NCBI RefSeq assembly: GCF_963921235.1
Contig: NC_086097.1
Span: forward strand, 245,770,001 to 245,834,000
Direction: 5' to 3'
From: Mobula hypostoma
Taxonomy: Eukaryota
DNA length: 64,000 nt
The translations under genes and the position numbers were made by a program. This document shows, piece by piece, positions 54,781 to 64,000 of this stretch. Below the pieces are notes generated by a model that was given only the letters and a program-made list of their open reading frames with translations, was not told the DNA's origin and made no database searches. Positions within the stretch are counted from its first letter, which is position 1. Each line of letters opens with the position of its first letter.

Positions 54781-55213
54781 CAGGGGTTTTTAACCTTTGG
54801 TCCACAGACCCCTTAGGGATTCATGGATAGATTCCAAGGGGTCCATGAACTTGGATGAGAAAACATTTACATCTTTATTTTCATTAACCTCTAAATTAAA
54901 TTTAACATTTCCTTCAATTATGAATGTAGGCAGCAAACCACAGTAGTGTTATTCAGGCTAAGCAACAAGTGATATGCCTTTAAGAAATAAAGTTTAATTT
55001 TAACTTGCCTATATTTTAAATGTATATTCCTGTTATTTAATGCATTATTAAAGAAGCACATATATTACAATATATTCAAATTTGTTTAAAAAAATATTTT
55101 GATAACCATATTCCATTTTATTTTACACTTAAATATATTGTGAGAAGGGGTCCATAGGCTTTACCAGATTGCCAAAGGGGTCCATGGCATCAAAAAGGGG
55201 TTAAGGAGCTCTG
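54781..55213. mobile_element. hAT/Charlie-like MITE
   Basis: caggggtttttaacc...ggttaaggagctctg ends with ggggtccatg subterminal repeats. Confidence 0.55.
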
Positions 55214-55346
55214 CACTAAAGCAATCAATGCATATTAGAAATAATCAAAACAGCGTGAATGACATCCAGACAGTTTTTCATCTTTCAACACACATAAAAG
55301 TTGCTGGTGAACGCAGCAGGCCAGGCAGCATCTCTTGGAAGAGGTG

Positions 55347-55384
55347 CAGTCGACGTTTCAGGCCGAGACCCTTCGTCAGGACTA
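55347..55384 (-). ncRNA. Minimal type I hammerhead ribozyme motif (PLE-associated), core intact
   Basis: Minus strand reads UAGUC CUGACGA AGGGUCUCGGCCU GAAA CG UC^ GACUG: stem I, both catalytic boxes, stem II, palindromic loopless stem III (ACGU) and a GUC triplet. Confidence 0.8.
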
Positions 55385-56267
55385 ACTGAAGGAAGAATGA
55401 GTAAGGGATTTGAAAGTGGGAGGGGGAGGGGGAGATCCAAAATGATAGAGGAAGACAGGAGAGGGAGGGATGGAGCCAAGAGCTGGACAGGTGATTGGCA
55501 AAAGGGATACAAGAGGATCATGGGACAGGAGGTCCGGGAAGAAAGACAAGGGGTGGGGGAACCCAGAGGATGGGCAAGGGGTATATTCAGAGGGACAGAG
55601 GGAGAAAAAGGAGAGTGAGAGAAAGAATGTGTGTATAAAAATAAGTAACAGATGGGGTACGAGGGGGAGGTGGGGCATTAGCGGAAATTAGAGAAGTCGA
55701 TGTCCATGCCATCAGGTTGGAGGCTATACCCGACGCAGACTGGGAGACCGCTTTGCTGAACACCTACGCTCTGTCCGCCAGAGAAAGCAGGATCTCCCAG
55801 TGGCCACACATTTTAATTCCACATCCCATTCCCATTCTGACATGTCTATCCACGGCCTCCTCTACTGTTAAGATGAAGCCACACTCAGGTTGGAGGAACA
55901 ACACCTTATATTCCGTCTGGGTCGCCTCCAACCTGATGGCATGAACATCGACTTCTCTAACTTCCGCTAATGCCCCACCTCCCCCTCGTACCCCATCTGT
56001 TACTTATTTTTATACACACATTCTTTCTCTCACTCTCCTTTTTCTCCCTCTGTCCCTCTGACTATACCCCTTTCCCATCCTCTGGGTTCCTCCCCCCGCC
56101 CCCGTCTTTCTTCCTGGACCTCCTGTCCCATGATCCTCTCGTATCCCTTTTGCCAATCACCTGTCCAGCTCTTGGCTTCATCCCTCCCCCTCCTGTCTTC
56201 TCCTATCATTTTGGATCTCCCCCTCCCCCTCCAACTTTCAAATCTCTTACTTAACTCTTCCTTCAGT

Positions 56268-56305
56268 TAGTCCTGATGAAGGGTCTTGGCCTGAAACATC
56301 GACTG
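56268..56305 (+). ncRNA. Minimal hammerhead ribozyme motif, near intact
   Basis: UAGUC CUGAUGA AGGGUCUUGGCCU GAAA CA UC^ GACUG, with one stem III mismatch (CpG decay). Confidence 0.65.
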
Positions 56306-56678
56306 TACCTCTTCCTACAGATGCTGCTTGGCCTGCTGCGTTCACCAGCAATTTTTATGTGTGTTGCTTGATTTTCCAGCGTCTGCAGAATTCCTGTTGT
56401 TTGAGTTTTTCATCTATGTTTTTTTTATATTTTCACTTCCAATAGACTAAACTTCACTCACCACAACTCTGCACAAACTACAAGCACTCTTTAGAGCACT
56501 CTTTAGAACACACATTCTTGGTTTTGTGTTCTTAGAATGCGCTTGTTGTCTTCTTTTGCATATTGTTTGCTTGCCAATCTTTGTTTATGTGTAGTTTTTC
56601 ATAAATTCTATTGTATATCTTTATTTTTCTTGTAAATGTCGGCAGGAAAATGAATCTCAAGGTAGTATAAGGGACATA

Positions 56679-57177
56679 CACGCAGCGGCCACTTTATTAG
56701 GTACACCTGTACTCCTGCTCATTAATGCAAATATCTAATTAGCCAATCATGTGGCAGCAACTCAATGCATAAGAGCATGCAGACATGGTCAAGAGGTTCA
56801 GTTGTTATTCAGACCAGACATCAGAATGGGGATGAAATGTGATCTAGGTGACTTTGACTGTTGCTGCCAGATGGAGTGGTTTGAGTGCCCCAGAACTTGC
56901 TGATCTCCTGGGATTTTCACCGCGATAGTCCCTAGAGTTTACAGAGAATGGTGCAAGAAACTTAAAGAAAAACATCCAGTGAGGGAGGTCAGAGGAGAAT
57001 GGCCAGACTGGTTTAAGCTGTTAGGAAGGCAACAGTAACTCAGATAAGCACACGTTACAACAGTGGTGTGCAGAAGAACATTCCTGAAGGCTCGGCACAT
57101 TGCATCTTGAAGTAGGTGGGCTACAGCAGCAGAAGATCACACTGGGGTCCATTCCTGTCCCTAATAAAGTGGCCACT
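56679..57177 (+). mobile_element. Tc1-derived element
   Basis: Same family TIRs and body. Confidence 0.8.
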
Positions 57178-57872
57178 ACTTTATACTCCAGTACTTCAAA
57201 TGCAATGAATGAATTTTGCCATATTTATTCTGAGACTAGGAAAATTTGTTGTACAAAGATTGTACAATATTCAAGATTCAAAATTGTTTAACGTCATTTC
57301 CACTACACATTTGTGAAGGAAAATTAAATAATTGTTACTCCAAATGACTTGGCCTCCACAGATAACTCCTCATCTCTGTTCTAAAGAGACATTCTGAAAT
57401 TCCAGCAGTTCCCAACCTGGGATCCATAGACCACAGGCTTAATGGTATTGGTCCATGCGATAAAAATGGGTGGGAAACCCTGCTATGTTCTGTGTTGCCT
57501 GGGCCTCCCCCACTATAGGAAGCACCCACTCTATTTAGATCTTTAAACGTCCAATAGGTTTCAATGAGATCTCCCTTCATTCTTCTAAACTCCAGTAAGT
57601 ACAGGCCCTGAGTGATATTTTCATACGTCAGTAAAATTGCTTAATATTATGGATATATTTTAAGACGGGTTGATTACTTGCAACAGTTGGAAAACAATGA
57701 AGGGGTACGTTTATAAAGGCTTCGGTGTCGATGTTGGAAAAAGGTGCAAATGATCATTGATGCCAGTTCTACTGCATATCACCCAAAGTTGTTTGCTGAG
57801 AACTGCTTATCCTTGCTAATAACACTCGTGCACTGTCAATTTACAGGATATGTCTCTCAGGGAATTGGGTTT

Positions 57873-57873
<1 letters not shown>

Positions 57874-57918
<45 letters not shown>
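57874..57918. repeat. Compound (TA)n(TG)n microsatellite
   Basis: Directly visible. Confidence 0.95.
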
Positions 57919-58600
57919 ACTGTATGATTACTTGATATCTTATATGTGCTATGTGCGACTGTAGGGTCTGTGATTTGCATCTTGGCCCCAGAGTAACACT
58001 GTTTCGTTTGGCTGTATATTTGCATGGTTAAATGAAAATTAAACTTAAACTTGAAAGTTACCACAGACTGACAGAAGAAACCCAGAGGGCAAATATTTGC
58101 ACTAAAATAAATCATTCAGGAGTTAGAGATTTCACAACGTTGAAATAGGAAAAGCAAGCAGAATACGCTTCATAAACATTGATATTTGCAGGCCACACTG
58201 TAGGGAGTGTGTCAAGATGTCTGAGGAAGCAAGTAAGGTTGGGTGCAACTAGAACTTGAGGTCATAGGTTAAGGGTGAAAGGTGAAATATTTAAGTCGAA
58301 CCCAAGGAGGATCTTCTTCATGCAGACTGTGGAATGATCTGCTATGGAAGCGGTGGATGCAGGTTCGATTTCGACATTTGAAAGTGTTTAGATAGGTACA
58401 TGGATGGGAGGGGTACAGAAGGCTATGACCCAGGTGCAGGTCAATGGAACTAGGCAGAATAAGACCAGAAGGGCCAAAGGGCCTGTTTCTGTGCTGTTGT
58501 GTTCATTTACTCTATATCTCTAGATACGGGTCAGTGAGACTAGGAACAATAACAGTTTGGCATGGACTAGATGGGCCAAAGGGACTGTTTTGTGTTGTAG

Positions 58601-58912
<312 letters not shown>

Positions 58913-59507
58913 TGAGTTCCTCCAGCATTTTGTGTGTGTTAATCTAGGTTTCTGGCATCTGCAGAATCTTTGATCTTCACCTCAGTGTATTTTCACTGCT
59001 TTATTCTTAAAGATGGTGTTTCACGGTTAGCAAATCAAAGCAGTTTATTTTTCTCCTTGACTTGTTCCAGGAATAACTAGTAATGTTTTACATGCTTCTT
59101 CTGTTTGGTTTGGGATGAGTTCTGTCAGGTGGCTACTAGCCAAAAGTCGAGACCAGTGCACTTTAACAGGATAGCAACTTACCCAAGTCTTCTTTGACAG
59201 AATGCTCCAAAATCTCAACCTTCGCCATTCAGAAGATCGAAGGTCCTTGTCCCCAAGGTCACCCCACCTCACACTTGGATAGCCATCACCATTTTTTCAC
59301 CACTCGTATGTCAATATCCTGAAACTCCATAGTCGCGTAGTGGTTGGCACAATGCTTTACAGTACAGACGAGGTGGGTTCTATTCCAGCCGCTGCCTGTA
59401 CGTTCTCCCATCTTAGGATTTATAAATGGTTCATAAACCCATGAACATTTACTTCTGTACCTTCATCAACCTGAGAAAGATTTTCTATGAAGTACAGATA
59501 TACTACA

Positions 59508-60330
59508 CAGTGGATTCCAGTTAATTGGGACACATCAGGATCAGTGCATTATGGCCCAATTAAGTGGCTGCCCCAATTAGCCAAAGTTTCATGGGAATAG
59601 TTAAAAAGGTATCAAAAAATCAAGCTACCATTTAACTGAGTTACAAAATGTTTTTAAATGAAATACAGAACAAATTAGAACTCTACCAATACTACTACAG
59701 TACTATAAAACTATGTACAGTATTAGTTTCTAATAGTTTATCAACAGAGGAACTCATCCAGTGCTCATTGCTGTGTTTTTTTGATTGACTGTAAATAAAC
59801 AAAATCAACGCATTTGCCAAATACAGATAGCAGGCTGCCTTCAAACAGGGCTTTCAACAGTAGCTTCCTCCAAACCTTCATTCAAAATGATTGTCGTTAC
59901 CTTCAAATTCTTCCTGGATCCTAACTTGCAGAAGTCGTGAAATCGTTTCATTTTCACTCCCAGCCGTTCTGGCATCTGCAAGCCTGAATGCTTGAAACTG
60001 CAGTGAGCAAAACAGTTTGGAGTTGTCTTACTGCTTATTTCTCACCAACTATCAGTGACAAAAATGACTTTTTTTGAATACAAACACATGCAACTGATGC
60101 TATTTAAAAACTGTTTGCTCTAAGTGTTGTGTAGTGTCTAATGGCCACATGACTGACACGAGTTAGAAAATATTTGGAAACAGTTTCTAGCCCCAATTAA
60201 GCGACATAGTGTCCAAAATAAACAAAAGGAATCCCAGCTATTTTCTCAATTTGTTTTTGTTCTTTAAGAGCAGTCCCAAATAAGCGACTGACCCAATTAT
60301 CCAATGGCCCAATTAACAGGAAAGCACTAT
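59508..60330 (-). mobile_element. pogo/Tigger-like element, inverted relative to 50076-50850
   Basis: Left end cagtggattccagttaattgggac. The body is the reverse complement of the 50076 copy. Confidence 0.75.
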
Positions 60331-60494
60331 ATTTCTATCAAGTGTGAAAAACTGAAAAGAATAATGATCAGCAGTGCACCTGGACTAGATAGAGTAAATA
60401 AAAAAGCAGATTTATTATCACTGAATTTTGTTATTTTGTGCGAGCAGTACAGTGCAATACATAAAAATGACTAAATAAGTAAATATGCAAATTG

Positions 60495-61225
60495 AAGGAA
60501 TTGGTTGTGGACTTCAGGAAGGGGAGTTGAGGGTCACACATCAGTCCTCACTGAGAGATCAGATTGATCAGGGTGAGCAGTTACAAGTTCCTGGGGTCAC
60601 CATCTCTGAAGGTCTATCCTGGGCACGACATATCAATGCAATGACAATGAAGGCATGACAGCGCCTATATTTCGTTAGGAGTTCGGGGAGACTTGGTATG
60701 TCACCAAAGACCCTCGCAAGTTTCTACAGTTATACCATGGACAGCCATCTGACTGGTTACATCACTATCTGGTACGGAGGGGCCGTGGCACAGGATCGGA
60801 AAAAGTTGCTGAAAGTTGTAAACTCGGCCAGCTCCATCATGGGCACCATCCTCCCCAGCATCGAGGACACCTTCAGAAAGCGATGCCTCAAAAAGGTGGC
60901 ACCAATCATTAAGGACCCTCATCACCCAGGACATGCCCTGTTCTCGTTGATACCATCAGGGAGGAGGTACAGGAGCCAGAAGACACTCACTCTATAGTTT
61001 AAGAACAGCTTCTTCCCCTCCGCCGTCAGATTTCTGAATGGACAATGAAGCTATGAACTCTATCTCACTATTTCTTTTCCTTCTTTTTTTGCACTACTTA
61101 CTTAATTTAATTTTTTATACATATTTCTTATTGTAATTTATAGTTTTTTATTATGTATTGCAAGGTCCTGTTGCTGTGAAACAACAAAGTTCACGATCTA
61201 TTCCAGTGATATTAAACCAGATTCT
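60495..61225 (+). mobile_element. Rex1/Babar-like LINE 3' fragment
   Basis: KELVVDFRK..KFLG..SPKTLASFY..ITIWYG..IIKDPHHPGHALFSLIPSGRRYRS. Confidence 0.85.
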
Positions 61226-62721
61226 GACCACAAGGCGTTGTTCGTGGCTTCATCGACTGTTCAGAAATCTGACGGTGGAGGGGAGGAAGCAGTTGCTGAC
61301 ATGTTGAGTGTGTCTTCAGGCTTCTGTACCTCTTCCCTGACTGGAGTAAATGCTGGCAAACAGATACCATTCCTCACAGTGGGGATTTTTGAATCTCGGC
61401 ATTGGCATGGACTTCGTTAACTTTTATACTCCAAGGAAACGTGGCACGTTATTCAGTGAAATATTATAGCTGGATCTTTCACTAAAGTTTTCCACGTGCC
61501 TTTACTTGTATGTTCTGGCTCGAGCTGAAATTCCAATTGCCCCAATTGACTTCTTTGTGGCAAGTACTGCATTGGTTTCTGAAGGAATCTACATATGAGA
61601 GAGAGATTTTCCAGTAAACGCCACAGGAAGTTAGAATGATAGCATGAGAGCACGGAAACAGGCCACTCAGCCCATCTACTCTGTGCCAACTGTTGCCCTC
61701 CCATTGACGACTTGGACCAAAACTCTCCATACCCCTCCCTAAATTGGTGAGATTACCTCAACAAAATATTACTTTCAAACATACAGGCTACCCCTCAAGA
61801 ACATGCAACAGTACAGCACTGAACAAACTATTGGGCTCAAGATGATGAGGTGATCTCGATGGCAATTTGTACAAGATGTCCTCTTCCTGCAATTTGTACA
61901 AGATGTCCTCTTCCTGTGTTTCAGAAACATCCCTCCAGTCCCTTCATATTCATATGTCTATCTAAAAGCCTTTTAAACTCGTCCAAACTGCTTGGTAACC
62001 CACTCCAAGCTCTCATTACTGTCTTTGCCCTTCATGTCGCACCGTCCAAAAAGAATCCCTGACAGCTCACCGTTTGGTGTTTGGTATTCCTACCCTGAGG
62101 AAAAGATTCTGATTGTCTTTATGCCATCTTGAAGGAGTTTGTACGTTCCCTCCATGGCCTTGCAGATTTCCTCTGGGTGCTCTGGTTTCCCCCCACAGTC
62201 CAAAGATGTACTGGGTCAGTGGGTTAATTGATCTTTGCAAATTGTGCTGTGATTAAATCAGTGGGTTGCTGGGCCATACGGTTCATTCAGAAGGGTGTGT
62301 TCCATGACGTATCTCTAACAAATAAATAAATATCATAAGCAAAAAAGATCCCATGGTATTACAGGCAAGGTACTAGAATGAGTAGAAGATTGGCTGACTG
62401 GCAGGAGGCAAAGAGTGGGAATAAGGGGCGGCTTTTTTGGTTGACTCCTGGTGACTAGAGGTGACCCACAGAGGTCAGTGTTGGGACCACTTCTTTTCAC
62501 GTGATATTGTCAGTGATCTGGATGACGGAATTGATGGCTTTGCTGCCACACTTGCTGATGATACAAGATGGGTGGGGTATTCTTATTGTATTTCTTCATG
62601 GTGTAGCTGATGGAAGACAGTTCACAATTCGATGATTTATTGCATTATTTATGATTATGTTTATTTGCATATGCCTTAAGTGACATTATAAGAGCTGAGG
62701 GATTGCAGTAGTATGCAGTAA

Positions 62722-63460
<739 letters not shown>

Positions 63461-64000
63461 CTGTACAGTAATTAGTTTCTTTAATGTTTTATAAAGATAG
63501 TTTACTTTTTTCTTTCTCCATTCTACAGCTACTATTTTCAGTGGACAAACAGCTTCCACATTAACATGCCTGAGAGAAGTAGCAGTTGTTATCAGTGTGT
63601 ACAAGACAACCACTGATCAACAGACCATAAGACATAAGAATATGCCAATTGGCCCCTTTAGTCTTTTTTCACCATTCAAACATGTTCTATGTTTGATTTA
63701 TAGATAGAGCTCACCTTGGGTTAGTAAGTTGTGGGCTACCCAGCACAATCCTCACTGATTTGATTTGGCATAGATGACACATTTCACTGTACAGTACTTT
63801 TCAAAAGTCTTAGGCACATGTATATAGCTAGGGTGCCTAAGACTTTAGCTCTTCTAAGGCGTTTGCTATTCTCGGAGAACCAACAGTTGCACACAAATTG
63901 GATCAACTGGGTATCTCCTGCTGTTGTGGTTCAATCAAATGAAACTTCAGACAAAAAAGGTTAAAATCAGACTGACCAGTCCAAACTTAAAAAGAAATAC

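Larger units (their letters stand above)
55284..56403. mobile_element. Penelope insertion with inverted pLTRs and 12 bp TSD
   Basis: Arms about 55286-55724 and 55924-56367 are reverse complements. The spacer encodes RRRLGDRFAEHL..PVATHFNS (GIY-YIG). TSD agtttttcatct at 55272-55283 and 56404-56415. Confidence 0.9.

Noticed and set aside
61862..61915. Exact 27 bp tandem duplication
   Set aside because: An ordinary slippage duplication with no further structure.

Overview
This is vertebrate genomic DNA, most likely a cartilaginous fish such as a ray or skate, judged from its HE1/V-SINE-like, CR1, Penelope and Tc1 repeats. The only host gene is GLI3 on the + strand: five internal coding exons with canonical AG/GT boundaries (21964-22180, 24405-24518, 34409-34549, 58667-58816, 62737-62901). 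They appear to correspond to human exons 8-12 and encode zinc fingers 1-4. The rest is intron, densely packed with mostly decayed and often nested transposable elements. Notable non-coding structure: (1) a family of minimal hammerhead ribozyme motifs in Penelope pseudo-LTRs, with one core-intact copy inside a 1.1 kb TSD-flanked inverted repeat; (2) a minisatellite amplified from a pogo-MITE subterminal motif and later split by a CR1; (3) fold-back hairpins; (4) several repeat-free intronic blocks that are candidate GLI3 enhancers. No prokaryotic-type system or CRISPR array was found. Exon coordinates were checked base by base; most repeat boundaries are approximate, and family names come from motif recognition, not database searches.
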